A stretch of DNA of 62,438 nucleotides, filler included, from Bdellovibrionota bacterium (lineage in GTDB: Bacteria; Bdellovibrionota; Bdellovibrionia; Bdellovibrionales; JAEYZS01), in assembly GCA_963169515.1 (NCBI GenBank). It is 5 parts of 5 records of this genome, joined end to end, with 100 filler letters (N's around TTAATTAATTAA, not from the genome) between each part and the next. Parts side by side here need not be neighbours in the genome. Positions count along the whole stretch, not along the records: positions 19,870 to 34,764 come from CAUJEF010000104.1; 4 more parts are not named here. One strand, given 5' to 3'. Positions within the stretch are counted from its first letter, which is position 1. The number at the start of each line of letters is the position of its first letter. This document shows positions 20,239 to 30,408 of the stretch, piece after piece. Both the position numbers and the translations under genes were made by a program. The notes beneath the pieces are model-generated. The model made no database searches, was not told the DNA's origin, and saw only the letters and a list, made by a program, of their open reading frames with translations.

Positions 20239-21887
20239 GGCGAATATATAGAAAAAAAGTGATTTTTTGCATCTAAAATTTTGTAGTCATCTAGATTTTC
20301 AAAATTTGAAAAAATAATTTCAGATGATCCTATTATCGTTTTTTTGGTTGGGCTGTGGTAAATTTGAAATGTCGATGGTCGATGCAATAAGTCGTTTCCG
20401 GGCCTATAGGTGTAAATGTAGAGGCGATCAGAATCTGCTCCATTGTTATTAATAATTTGCCTTATTTCCCTAAGTGAAATGGTGGTACGGTTCTCAAGCT
20501 GTGCCTTATTGATGGATTTTACCCAAATATCACTCCCCACGTTTAGGTAAGAGTCAATTAAAAATTGACTAAAGGATGGTTCTAACAAAAGGGCTCTTCC
20601 AACATAAACTATAATATCGGGCAAAGTATGTCGGAGCTTATCTATCTGCCATGGTTTTTCACCTTGGCTTACGTAAGCATAATCTTGCCGTATTTTTGGT
20701 AACAACCCAATCACATCATAATACTTTGCCTTTGGAAATTGCGACACGTACGTTTCAATTTCGCGTAATACGCTGAATTGCTTTGTATTATTGTCTTGCT
20801 GAAGCAAATTGATGTTTGCAAAAATAGCCTGAAAAAAAAATAATAGCATGATCAAATTTATGATCCAAAATTTTTTTAACCGCAGGGCTTTAAATGCTGT
20901 TTGACTGGAGAAAGCCAGTGGTAAGGCTAAAATTGGCAGTAGAGACGCTATGAAAAAGGGTAACCTTTGATTGTGGAATAATAGAACTAATATTGCCGAG
21001 ATTGCCATTAAGTTGATTATTGAGATATTGGAAATAGGGATGTTACTTCGTCGCTCCCGTTTAAACGCTAAAGCGCCCGCAATTAAACTAGCAGCTAAAG
21101 CCAAAACAAAGGCACCATTTCTAGAACAGAACTTTTCTATATATGCGAAATCTGCAAAACTCGAATATGTATTAAGAAAAAAATGCCATGCAGCTCGATA
21201 AGATAGGGCATAGAAAGCCAATCCCCCAATAATAGCGGAGGTTCCTATCACAATCAGAGCTATGTTTTTAATTCCTTTTTTTAAATTTGAATTTCCCCAA
21301 AGATAGTCAGCTGTGATTGCAACCATTAGTATAGCAAGAAAATAAATTGCTTTTGGGGTGCTTAAAATCATTATTAGTTGCCAGAAAAATATTTTCAAAT
21401 AAAAATACGTCTCGGTTCGGTTAATTCGACGAAATCTAAAATATAAAAGCAGCAGATTTATAAAGCAAAATGCTGCCATCATGTCCGAGCGTACTCTAAA
21501 GCCCTGGCTAATAAAGTATGTAGTTCCAAAGAGGAAGGACAGGTAAACATATGTGGCCCATCGACGTTGGGTTACTAAGAAAGCCAGTCGGTATAGCTGA
21601 ATGACAAACACTCCGAAAAGAAGCGCAAATAATACTCTTGAAAGAATTAAAACCTGTAAATTATCATTGGATGTCCAGTGAGGGATATTTAAAAGTAGAT
21701 AAAAGGGAATTTTATAATAGAGTTCAATTTCATCTGTTTGAAAATTAAAAAGCTCCTTAGCAACAGATATTGCCCAAAACTCTGAATCGGATATATAACA
21801 CTTAAGCGCTGTATAGCCAATCAGTAACAAAAGTCCCGCGATGATATGTTGAAGAGCGCTAAGCCAAATCTTATAACGACTTTTCAT
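20169..21887 (-). CDS. Polytopic membrane protein, GT-C/ArnT-like glycosyltransferase
   Basis: Many TM helices; DSE in the first loop; RVRSD motif; C-terminal soluble domain; coupled to a GT2 gene. Confidence 0.6.
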   Translation of the reverse strand: MKSRYKIWLSALQHIIAGLLLLIGYTALKCYISDSEFWAISVAKELFNFQTDEIELYYKIPFYLLLNIPHWTSNDNLQVLILSRVLFALLFGVFVIQLYRLAFLVTQRRWATYVYLSFLFGTTYFISQGFRVRSDMMAAFCFINLLLLYFRFRRINRTETYFYLKIFFWQLIMILSTPKAIYFLAILMVAITADYLWGNSNLKKGIKNIALIVIGTSAIIGGLAFYALSYRAAWHFFLNTYSSFADFAYIEKFCSRNGAFVLALAASLIAGALAFKRERRSNIPISNISIINLMAISAILVLLFHNQRLPFFIASLLPILALPLAFSSQTAFKALRLKKFWIINLIMLLFFFQAIFANINLLQQDNNTKQFSVLREIETYVSQFPKAKYYDVIGLLPKIRQDYAYVSQGEKPWQIDKLRHTLPDIIVYVGRALLLEPSFSQFLIDSYLNVGSDIWVKSINKAQLENRTTISLREIRQIINNNGADSDRLYIYTYRPGNDLLHRPSTFQIYHSPTKKTIIGSSEIIFSNFENLDDYKILDAKNHFFSIYSPYKSSNVSETGELKRLFSFDKEF

Positions 21888-22593
21888 GCAGCCGAGCTTT
21901 TGTGTCTCGTGACAGGCGCCAAGCGACATTTAAAAAGCGAAAACCATCCCGGAATTCTTGCAGTTTTGATTCGCCAATACGATGATAGTAATGGACATTT
22001 TCCTGAACAAATGGTTTTTTTTGAATGGCGCACATCACACTCGTTGCAAATGCAAAGCTCAAATCATCTGGAAGCGTTGTCAGATGCTCTTCCAACCATT
22101 GTCTTTTGAAAATGCGAATTCCGCAAGATGGGTCATGAATTTTAGAGTCTAGAGCTAGCCGAAACATGGATTTAAAAAGGGAATTTCCTACCCAACGTAA
22201 ACCGTTCAAGGCCGAATCCCTATGGATTCTATTTCCAAGCAATAAAACCTCATCATTTTCTTGAGATTTCATTTTTAAAGTTACAAAATCGGCAGGGTCA
22301 TAGGTTGCATCCATATCCATAATACCAATAAATTTGCCGATGGAACGCCGTAGCCCAATTTTAATAGCGCCCCCATAACCCGCTCGTGTTTCATTAACAA
22401 TCGTAATGTAAACGTCGCTATGTTGTTTTAATAACTGAGCGCTATTGTCGGTGGATCTATCGTCGACAGCAAGTATTTCCACATTGCCAAAATGTTTCCG
22501 CAGCATAGGAATTCGCACTCGAAATTTATCGGCAACCTCTGCAATGGCTCGCTCTTCGTTAAGGCATGGTATAATGATCGAAAGCATACACAT
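21871..22593 (-). CDS. GT2 glycosyltransferase (DPM1-like polyprenyl-phosphate sugar synthase)
   Basis: IIIPCLNEE, VDDRSTD, GYGGA, MDMD, RIGESK..DG. Confidence 0.9.
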   Translation of the reverse strand: MCMLSIIIPCLNEERAIAEVADKFRVRIPMLRKHFGNVEILAVDDRSTDNSAQLLKQHSDVYITIVNETRAGYGGAIKIGLRRSIGKFIGIMDMDATYDPADFVTLKMKSQENDEVLLLGNRIHRDSALNGLRWVGNSLFKSMFRLALDSKIHDPSCGIRIFKRQWLEEHLTTLPDDLSFAFATSVMCAIQKKPFVQENVHYYHRIGESKLQEFRDGFRFLNVAWRLSRDTKARLHEKSL

Positions 22594-22652
22594 CCACGTT
22601 TAATATAAAATATATGCTAACCTACGGTAACCGTGAACTCAAGCAGCCATGA

Positions 22653-23489
22653 TTAAAAAATTTGTGAAATTACAGAGGAGCTTCGGCCAAATATTTGATA
22701 AAGACCAATGAAACCTCCAACCTCAACCGTTTCTTTCCAGTTCATATCCTTAAATTCGTGTCGAAGTGCGCTCACGGTTGAGCTTTGACGGGGAGGCTGA
22801 TTTTTGTTCCAACCTTGGCGGCTGGCTCGACGAATATAATTCATCAGATCTCCGCGCTCATGATGCGTCACAAAAAGATTTTCGACAAACCGAAGTCTTT
22901 TGCCAGCGCGAACCAGGGACCAGTTGAAGCCGACTTCATCGCCACCATAGCGTATATTCTCGTCGAATTTAATACCGTCAATCGTCAGAGCTTTGTATGC
23001 GCAATTGCCACCTAAAAGCTGGGTTGTCGATGAATCTCTGCGCACAAATTGTCGTAACCACGCATTTGCCATTTTGTTGTATGCCACGCTCGCAAGAGTC
23101 GCTTTTGAAGCGCCTATGTAACACCCCCCAACGCCGTCGCAGTTATCATCAGATAAAAGGGTCTTAACAATCGAGAGATGAAGCGGATTATCGAGCGTGC
23201 AATCATCATCCATAAACAATACAAATTCCCCCTGCACATTTTCGAGGGCTTTATTTTTTGCTTTGTTCACACCCACCGGGGATTCAAAATAACGAATATT
23301 TTTATACTGTTCTGTAAAAGAGAAAAGGTTTGGAGAGTGGGGATTTGCGACAATAATAATTTCAACACGACTTTGGGGGAATGCTTGGCAGATCACAGAT
23401 TTGGCGGTCTGAATGGCGCTATCCTCTCGATGATGAGAGGGAATAATGACAGAAAAATCGAATTTAAAGCTCACGTATTCCCCAAGCAA
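22653..23489 (-). CDS. GT2 glycosyltransferase
   Basis: FSVIIP, LFMDDD, GGN, FDE..GGDE motifs. Confidence 0.85.
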   Translation of the reverse strand: MLGEYVSFKFDFSVIIPSHHREDSAIQTAKSVICQAFPQSRVEIIIVANPHSPNLFSFTEQYKNIRYFESPVGVNKAKNKALENVQGEFVLFMDDDCTLDNPLHLSIVKTLLSDDNCDGVGGCYIGASKATLASVAYNKMANAWLRQFVRRDSSTTQLLGGNCAYKALTIDGIKFDENIRYGGDEVGFNWSLVRAGKRLRFVENLFVTHHERGDLMNYIRRASRQGWNKNQPPRQSSTVSALRHEFKDMNWKETVEVGGFIGLYQIFGRSSSVISQIF

Positions 23490-23564
23490 AAAGGTAACAT
23501 AATCTTTATGTGTAAAATGCCTTCGATCTTGTTCTTTATGCGACCGTAGCGTAATTATTAATTA

Positions 23565-24734
23565 ATGAAACCATTGAATTCCATCGAAGTCGACATGATT
23601 GCCGGATCTTTGAGAAGATTGATTGGCGCTCGGTTCCAAAATGTTTTTACTGATGAAACGGGCGTGGCGTTTGAAGTTTATGAAGGCGGTTCGACACGTT
23701 GGTTATGGCTTTTTATGAATCCGACGCTGCCTCTGATCTTGTTCGGAGATCCGCCAAAGGCAAAATCAAAAACTACACCCTTTGCTCTTTTTTTTAGGGC
23801 CAACGTGTTGGGAAAACGATTGCGGCTGCTTGAAAATACAGGACGAATATTGAAATTCCATTTGGGTGAATTGGAAGACAATGTCACATTGGAAGTCCGA
23901 TTATTCCCACATGGGCAAAATCTTATTTGTATTGCAGGCAAGAAAAAAATTTCCTGGGAAAAAATGAAAGAATTGAAACCCGAAAAAGGATTTCAGACTG
24001 AAAATATTCGTACTTGGGACGAAATCCACAAAGAATACGAGCAGACTTTAAATAAACCGAAACAATCCACAGTTGAAAGCGAGATTGAAAAAAGAAAACG
24101 AGCGCTTTTAAAAACAAAAGAAAATCTTGGACCCAATTTGTGGAAGAATGTCGGGGAATGGTTAAAGGAAAATCAATCCGTGGAAGTGCCAGTAGAATAT
24201 CAGAAATATGTGAACAGGAAACTGAGTTTGAGCAAAAACATAGAAAATTGCTTTGCCAAATCAAAGCAATTTGATCGAAAGCACGCAGGGACCTTAGCTC
24301 GCATTGAGCAACTAGAAGGCGAAATTAAAAAACTAATGTCAGGGGATTTTCAGCCGAAAAATCAAAATAAAGTAAAAATAATAGAAAGCTTTCGTGGCAT
24401 AAGGGTCGAGTTGGATGGCAACATGGTTGGCTACATAGGCAAGTCCGCCAAGGACAATATCGATTTGCTGCGACAATCCAAAGCTTGGTACTATTGGGTT
24501 CATTTGCGTGATTACCCAGGCGCTCATGGTTTCATTGTGAGAAACAAAAATCAAAATGTCCCAGTGGATTGTATTAAAAAAGTTGCCCAGAAAATAGCCG
24601 AAAGGTCGAAGGTGACGGCAGGGGAAAGCTTTGACGTTATTGTTGCTGAGTGCTGCTACGTTAAACCCATCAAGAGAGACAAGTTAGGCCGCGTCACATT
24701 TTCAAACGAAACCATTCATACATTCAAAAATTAA
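23565..24734 (+). CDS. NFACT (RqcH/FbpA-like) RNA-binding protein
   Basis: C-terminal IGKSA.DN..L..WVHLRDYPGAH NFACT-R motif; coiled coil. Confidence 0.8.
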   Translation: MKPLNSIEVDMIAGSLRRLIGARFQNVFTDETGVAFEVYEGGSTRWLWLFMNPTLPLILFGDPPKAKSKTTPFALFFRANVLGKRLRLLENTGRILKFHLGELEDNVTLEVRLFPHGQNLICIAGKKKISWEKMKELKPEKGFQTENIRTWDEIHKEYEQTLNKPKQSTVESEIEKRKRALLKTKENLGPNLWKNVGEWLKENQSVEVPVEYQKYVNRKLSLSKNIENCFAKSKQFDRKHAGTLARIEQLEGEIKKLMSGDFQPKNQNKVKIIESFRGIRVELDGNMVGYIGKSAKDNIDLLRQSKAWYYWVHLRDYPGAHGFIVRNKNQNVPVDCIKKVAQKIAERSKVTAGESFDVIVAECCYVKPIKRDKLGRVTFSNETIHTFKN

Positions 24735-24818
24735 AAATTTTTAATCATTTTAAGATCTTGACTGTATTCTGCGCAAGAATAACATTTTTAATGTTACAAA
24801 TTAAAAGGAAGTAACCAT

Positions 24819-25730
24819 ATGATCGAAATAACCAATTTGACGAAAAGCTATGGCACATTAAAAGCCATTGATCGACTGAATTTCAAAGTAAATAAAGGTG
24901 AAATCGTCGGTTTTTTGGGTCCCAATGGTGCCGGCAAATCAACAACGATGAAAATTATCACAGGCTTTATGCCCCCAACAGATGGCATGGTCAAAGTGAG
25001 CGGTTTTGATGTTTTCGAGGATCCGATTGAAGTTAAAAAGCGAATCGGGTATTTGCCCGAGACCCCACCGCTATACACAGATATGTATGTGCAAGACTAT
25101 TTGGCATATGTTGCAAAATTGAAAGGTGTCACAAAGGGCAAAGTTAAAAATGGCGTTGATACGGCACTTCAGAAGGCAAATTTGCAGGACGTTCGAAAAA
25201 GAATGATTCGCAACTTGTCCAAGGGTTACAGACAGCGGGTCGGGATTGCCCAAGCGATTGTATCTGACCCTGAAATTTTGATTCTGGACGAGCCCACAGT
25301 GGGACTCGACCCAAAACAGGTTGCCGAAATTCGCACTTTGATTCGGAGTCTTGCGGGACACCATACTGTCGTTTTAAGTACACACATTCTTTCTGAGGTT
25401 CAGGCTATTTGCGAACGAATTATTATTATTAATAAAGGGAAAATTGTCGCAGAAGATACCCTTGAGGGCTTGAACCGCCGTATGTCTGGTGTGACCCGGT
25501 TGGTATTGAAAATAAAACGTCCGAACCAAGAATTTGAAAAGTCACTGAAAGATATGAGTGGTGTCGTTCATTGTTCTGGGGGGCACGGGCTCTACAGCCT
25601 TGACATTAACGATGCTCAATCAATGCCTGAAAAAATCGCCGAACACGCGGTGAAATCAAACGTCGGTCTTCTTGAGATGAAGTCGCAAGATATGAACCTG
25701 GAAGATATCTTCATTAAACTCACATCGTGA
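24819..25730 (+). CDS. ABC transporter ATPase, GldA-like
   Basis: GPNGAGKST, LSKGYRQRVG, LDEPTVGLDP. Confidence 0.93.
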   Translation: MIEITNLTKSYGTLKAIDRLNFKVNKGEIVGFLGPNGAGKSTTMKIITGFMPPTDGMVKVSGFDVFEDPIEVKKRIGYLPETPPLYTDMYVQDYLAYVAKLKGVTKGKVKNGVDTALQKANLQDVRKRMIRNLSKGYRQRVGIAQAIVSDPEILILDEPTVGLDPKQVAEIRTLIRSLAGHHTVVLSTHILSEVQAICERIIIINKGKIVAEDTLEGLNRRMSGVTRLVLKIKRPNQEFEKSLKDMSGVVHCSGGHGLYSLDINDAQSMPEKIAEHAVKSNVGLLEMKSQDMNLEDIFIKLTS

Positions 25731-25752
25731 AATTTATTTAAAGGAATAACAA

Positions 25753-26526
25753 ATGAAACCAACACTTACTATTTTTTGGAAAGAACTCAAAGGACATCTG
25801 ACTTCGCCAAGCTACTATGCGATCACATTTTTCTATACATTGCTAATGAGCTACATTTACTTTGTTCAGCTGCGAAGCTTTTCCCAAAGATCGCTTCAGT
25901 ACATGATACAAAGCCAAGGTCGCGGCGATGGGCTCAACCTTCATCAGCAGGTTATAGCAGGCCATATTTCATTTATTAATCTGATCTTTCTGTTTTTAGT
26001 CCCGATTATTACAGTGAAATATTTTACAGAAGAAAAGAAGGCTCGTACGTTTGATTTATTGCTGACGAGTCCGATCACAGCGACTCAAATTGTAATGGGG
26101 AAAATGATGGCAGCCATTGCGGCCACGTGGATCTTGGTTGCAATCTCGTTGATTTTTCCAGTCGTGACGAGCTTATTTGCGCAAATCCAATGGGGAGTTT
26201 TGGCATCTTCTTATATCGGTATTTTTCTGCTCGCTGCAATTTATGCATCCATCGGGGTATTTGCTTCGAGCCTCACGGACTCTGTTCTGGTTTCCGGTTT
26301 TATGGGAATTATTTTGTGCTTGTTTACTTGGTTTGTATCTTGGGGCAGTGAGATCTCGGAAAACCCATTGATGCAAGAGATTTTCGGTTACCTTTCGATT
26401 GCAAAACACTTTGGGCAGTTTATTCAAGGATCTGTTGAGATTGTGGGGTTTGCGTTCTGTTTCAGTTTGATTTTCTTTTTTGGATTCATCACACAAAGGG
26501 TGGTTGAATCGGCTCGGTGGAGGTAG
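25753..26526 (+). CDS. ABC-2 permease, GldF-like
   Basis: KELK..TSP and EEK..TFDLLLTSP motifs; 6 TM. Confidence 0.88.
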   Translation: MKPTLTIFWKELKGHLTSPSYYAITFFYTLLMSYIYFVQLRSFSQRSLQYMIQSQGRGDGLNLHQQVIAGHISFINLIFLFLVPIITVKYFTEEKKARTFDLLLTSPITATQIVMGKMMAAIAATWILVAISLIFPVVTSLFAQIQWGVLASSYIGIFLLAAIYASIGVFASSLTDSVLVSGFMGIILCLFTWFVSWGSEISENPLMQEIFGYLSIAKHFGQFIQGSVEIVGFAFCFSLIFFFGFITQRVVESARWR

Positions 26527-26529
26527 GTC

Positions 26530-28068
26530 ATGAGTAAAATAAGTAAAATTTTAATCGGCGTTGCGTTTCTGACTCTCGTTGGTGGAATGGCTCTTAAAAA
26601 TTACTTTCCTCAACCGTGGATGCAATGGATTCCGTTGGCCTCTTTTTTGGCATGTATTGCTGCTGCAGTGGCTCTCGATTTTGCATTTTTTAAAGATTTT
26701 TTTGGGTTGCGCACAACTCGACATGGAATGAATATGGGGACTTTAATTATTCTCGTATTAGTCGTTCTTGGCGGGGTTAACTTTGTTGCATTTAATAGAA
26801 ACAAAAAGTGGGATTTAACAGAAGAGCATTTAAATACGCTTTCGCCTCAATCCATCAAAATAGTAAAAGATTTGAAGGGCGATGTTACAATGATGGGTTT
26901 TTTTGTCGAAAACTCTGAACAAGAAATTCGAAAAAAAGGAATGTTTCAAATCATTGGAAAACTATTTACTGATGAGACAAATAAAATTTCAATTCAGATA
27001 TGGGATCCTCAAAAACGCCCTGATTTAGCAAAGCAGTATGGCGTCGAGATGTCTGGCACTATCGTGTTATCCATGGGCGGAAAGCAAAGTAGTGTAACTG
27101 ACGCTACGGAAGAGAGTCTTGTAAATGCGCTTGTAAAATTATCCCGCGAAAAAAATAAGGTTCTCTATTTTCTATCGGGTCATGGTGAGATCGATTTATC
27201 GAACAATGAAGCGCAAGGAGGATCCAATTTTAAAAAAGCCTTGGAAGATGCTAGCTACGAGGTGAAATCTTTGAATCTTGTAGAGCAGCCAACGCTACCA
27301 TCTGATGCCGAAGCGATCGTCGTATTGGGGCCGAAGCGCGAACTGTTGCCGGCAGAAAAAAACATTATTTTGGAATATATGAAAAAAGGTGGAAAAGCGT
27401 TGTTTGCCGGAGATCCGGGGGAGCATCACAATTTGGCACAGATGATGACCCCATTTGGAATTTCGTTTGATAACAATTACATCATTGATCAAATGGGTCA
27501 GCTGATTGGCGCCAGTGCAGCCATGGCAATTGGTCTGATCTATTCGCCCAATAGCGATATCACAAAAGACTTTGGCAAGAATATGTCTGGGTTTCAGTTA
27601 GCGTCATCGCTTTCAAAAATTCAACAGGCGGGCCAAAATTTTGCTTATGATGAAATTGTGAAGTCTTCGCCCGCAAGCTTTTCAAAAGCAAAAATTGGTT
27701 CGGAAGTACGTTTTGACGAAAAGACCGATAAAAAAGGACCGTTTGCAATTGGATATAAAGTATCTGGAATTTGGCCTGGCGAGGAAAAGGATAAAAAGGA
27801 ATTTTCGGCATTGTTTTATGGCGACAGCGACTTTTTTACGAACCAATTATTGAATTTTCAATTAAACAGAGATTTAGCATTGAATAGCATTTCATTTCTT
27901 GCAAAAGATTCTGAGCTTATCAGCGTGCGTCCAAAACAAATGAAGGGAACGACCCTTACGATGACTGACAACCAGTCTGCATTGGTTACCTGGGCGTTTT
28001 TTGTTCCATTTCCGTTTTTATTTTTGCTTATTGGAGGGTACTTCTGGCTTGCGAGGAGGCATGCATGA
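26530..28068 (+). CDS. GldG-family ABC accessory protein
   Basis: WDLTE...TLS.QS, YFLSGHGE, GDSDF..N, N.DL.LN motifs. Confidence 0.88.
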   Translation: MSKISKILIGVAFLTLVGGMALKNYFPQPWMQWIPLASFLACIAAAVALDFAFFKDFFGLRTTRHGMNMGTLIILVLVVLGGVNFVAFNRNKKWDLTEEHLNTLSPQSIKIVKDLKGDVTMMGFFVENSEQEIRKKGMFQIIGKLFTDETNKISIQIWDPQKRPDLAKQYGVEMSGTIVLSMGGKQSSVTDATEESLVNALVKLSREKNKVLYFLSGHGEIDLSNNEAQGGSNFKKALEDASYEVKSLNLVEQPTLPSDAEAIVVLGPKRELLPAEKNIILEYMKKGGKALFAGDPGEHHNLAQMMTPFGISFDNNYIIDQMGQLIGASAAMAIGLIYSPNSDITKDFGKNMSGFQLASSLSKIQQAGQNFAYDEIVKSSPASFSKAKIGSEVRFDEKTDKKGPFAIGYKVSGIWPGEEKDKKEFSALFYGDSDFFTNQLLNFQLNRDLALNSISFLAKDSELISVRPKQMKGTTLTMTDNQSALVTWAFFVPFPFLFLLIGGYFWLARRHA

Positions 28069-29450
28069 AGTTTAAATCCACGGGAATCTTTGCAGCTCTT
28101 GTAGTTGCATTTGGGGCTTATGTTTATTTTGTTGAATACAGGGGGACTCAACAAAAAGAAGAAAAAAAACAGGAACAAGCAAAAATTCTGAATTATAAAC
28201 CAGAAGACGTTCAATCTTTTTCAATTCAAAAAGAAAAGGAAATTATTAAAGTGGATCGAAGCAGGGATGGTTGGGTGATGACATCGCCAGCCAAAGATCA
28301 AGGCTATAAAACAGGCATTGAAGAATTCCTAAAGGCACTTTTCGTTGAAAAATCAGATGGCGTGGCGGCTGAAGGTACGACCATCGATTGGAATATTTTT
28401 GGACTGGATAAACCAAAGGCTACATTCGAATTAAAATTAAAAGACAAGACCGTAAAATTAGAATTGGGTACAGTGATCGGTGTTGCGGGTAAGCGATATG
28501 TGCGCTTGGATGGGCAAAACAAAGTAGAAATGGTTACAGGGTCCATTGATACTCAATTGGAAAAACCTGCAAAGGATTTCAGAGAAAAATCTATTTTCCG
28601 CATCTCAAAAGATAAAGTCACAAAGGTAAAGGTGATGTCTGGTGAGGCTACATCTTTTGTTGTGGACAAGGTTAATAACGATTGGGCCATTGAAGGAAAT
28701 TACAAGGCGGATTCCGACAAGTCTGCCATTCAAAATTATGTGAATGATATTTCGATTATGGAGGCCCAAGATTTTAGTTCCGAAGACAAATATAAATTTC
28801 AAATTGGAAAATTGACAAACCAGGTTGAGCTCGATCTGGATGATGGGACCAAGATTAGTGCACAGGTTTACAAGCACACGGGCGATAAGTTCTATATGAC
28901 GGTGGCGGATAAGCCAACGGTTTATGAGCTAGCCAAAAGAAATTTTGATTTATTTTCTAAAACTGTGAGCGATTTGCGCGACAAAAGAAAGCCGTTTCAA
29001 TTTGAAGAATCAAAAGTGAGCCAGATAGATTATAAAACGGAAGGTTTTGATCTAAACTTAAAAAAAGATGGAGAGAAATGGACTTCTAAGGAGCCAGTAA
29101 ACAATGACAAGGTCCACGAGCTTTTTAATATGTTAAAGGGCTTGCAAGTTCAAAAGTTTTATGGAAAGTCATCTGCCGGTATGTATCGGCCAAAGGGTAC
29201 AATTACCTTGAAAGATCAAGCGGGTGGCGTCGTTTTGGATCTCAAATGGGGCAATGACGACAAAAAAGATGCCGTTACGGTTGTAAAGACAAATAAGCAT
29301 GAGGAACTTTTTGGTATCGCAGATTCAGTTGTTGCGAGCCTTCCAGGAAAAATGCTGCTAGAGTCTGAAAATAAGCCAGTAAAAAAATCGGCGACAGAAG
29401 GTCAAGAGGTCCATGGCAAAGATCCGAGTAACGAGTCCGACGCGAATTGA
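28065..29450 (+). CDS. DUF4340 domain protein
   Basis: N-terminal TM; FGLDKP, DFREK/DLRDK repeated modules; usual fourth gene of gldAFG-like operons. Confidence 0.8.
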   Translation: MKFKSTGIFAALVVAFGAYVYFVEYRGTQQKEEKKQEQAKILNYKPEDVQSFSIQKEKEIIKVDRSRDGWVMTSPAKDQGYKTGIEEFLKALFVEKSDGVAAEGTTIDWNIFGLDKPKATFELKLKDKTVKLELGTVIGVAGKRYVRLDGQNKVEMVTGSIDTQLEKPAKDFREKSIFRISKDKVTKVKVMSGEATSFVVDKVNNDWAIEGNYKADSDKSAIQNYVNDISIMEAQDFSSEDKYKFQIGKLTNQVELDLDDGTKISAQVYKHTGDKFYMTVADKPTVYELAKRNFDLFSKTVSDLRDKRKPFQFEESKVSQIDYKTEGFDLNLKKDGEKWTSKEPVNNDKVHELFNMLKGLQVQKFYGKSSAGMYRPKGTITLKDQAGGVVLDLKWGNDDKKDAVTVVKTNKHEELFGIADSVVASLPGKMLLESENKPVKKSATEGQEVHGKDPSNESDAN

Positions 29451-30408
29451 TTTGGCGGGCGGTACGCTAGATTTGTGGCCGCTTTACACATTTTTAAATG
29501 GTGCAGTCACAGTTAACATGGCCGTAAATATATTTACGTATGTTGAAATTGAAGAATTGCCTGGTCCACAGATTATATTAGATCTTAAGAACATTGGCTT
29601 TAAGAAAACATTTGCAAACGCAAAGCAATTATTCGACTTTAAGAATGAAAAGACACACTTTATACGTCCGCATATAAGATTTTGGAAACCGGAAACAGGC
29701 TTGAAAATCACTATTGATTCTGAAAGTCCCGTAGGGGGCGGTCTTGGTGGCAGTTCATCCATTACGGCAGGCCTTTCAAAAGCGTTCAGCGAACTCTATG
29801 GGAAAAACCTGCAAGATATCGAACTTGTTCGGCTGTCTCATAATCTTGAGGCGGAAATTTTAAGAACACCAACGGGGACTCAAGATTACGTTCCGGCGCT
29901 GCGTGGTGGTCTAAATATTCTTCGATATGAAATGGATAACCTTCATTTAGAAACTCGTTATTTCCCGAATGACATTCTACAGAAAAAGGGGTTTTTGGTC
30001 TATACGGGTAAGCCCCATAATTCTGGTCTGAACAATTGGGAGGTTTTGAAGAAGGCGATCCAAGGCCACAGATCAACCCTTAAATGTTTAAATCAGCTTG
30101 GGTTGATTTCAAATCGAGTAAAGGATGCCTGTATTGATGAAGACTGGGATAGCCTAGAAGATCTTTTTGATGAGGAATATAAATGGAGAACGTCTCTTAC
30201 GCCTGCATTTACAAGCCCTCAAATTAAGAAGATTAAAAAGATGGTGGGGAACAGGGGAGCTGTAAAGATTTGTGGAGCTGGTGGCGGCGGGTGTGTGTTA
30301 ATATGGTCAGAAAAGAAGCAAGAGGTGCTGGAAAAATGCCGAAAGCACGGGTTCAAGGTCTTCGACATAAAGGTCGTGGACAATGGTTGCCAGATTCAAA
30401 AGAGCTAA
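29413..30408 (+). CDS. GHMP-family sugar kinase (HddA-like)
   Basis: PTRIDLAGGTLD, PVGGGLGGSSS, GTQDY, KICGAGGGG. Confidence 0.9.
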   Translation: MAKIRVTSPTRIDLAGGTLDLWPLYTFLNGAVTVNMAVNIFTYVEIEELPGPQIILDLKNIGFKKTFANAKQLFDFKNEKTHFIRPHIRFWKPETGLKITIDSESPVGGGLGGSSSITAGLSKAFSELYGKNLQDIELVRLSHNLEAEILRTPTGTQDYVPALRGGLNILRYEMDNLHLETRYFPNDILQKKGFLVYTGKPHNSGLNNWEVLKKAIQGHRSTLKCLNQLGLISNRVKDACIDEDWDSLEDLFDEEYKWRTSLTPAFTSPQIKKIKKMVGNRGAVKICGAGGGGCVLIWSEKKQEVLEKCRKHGFKVFDIKVVDNGCQIQKS

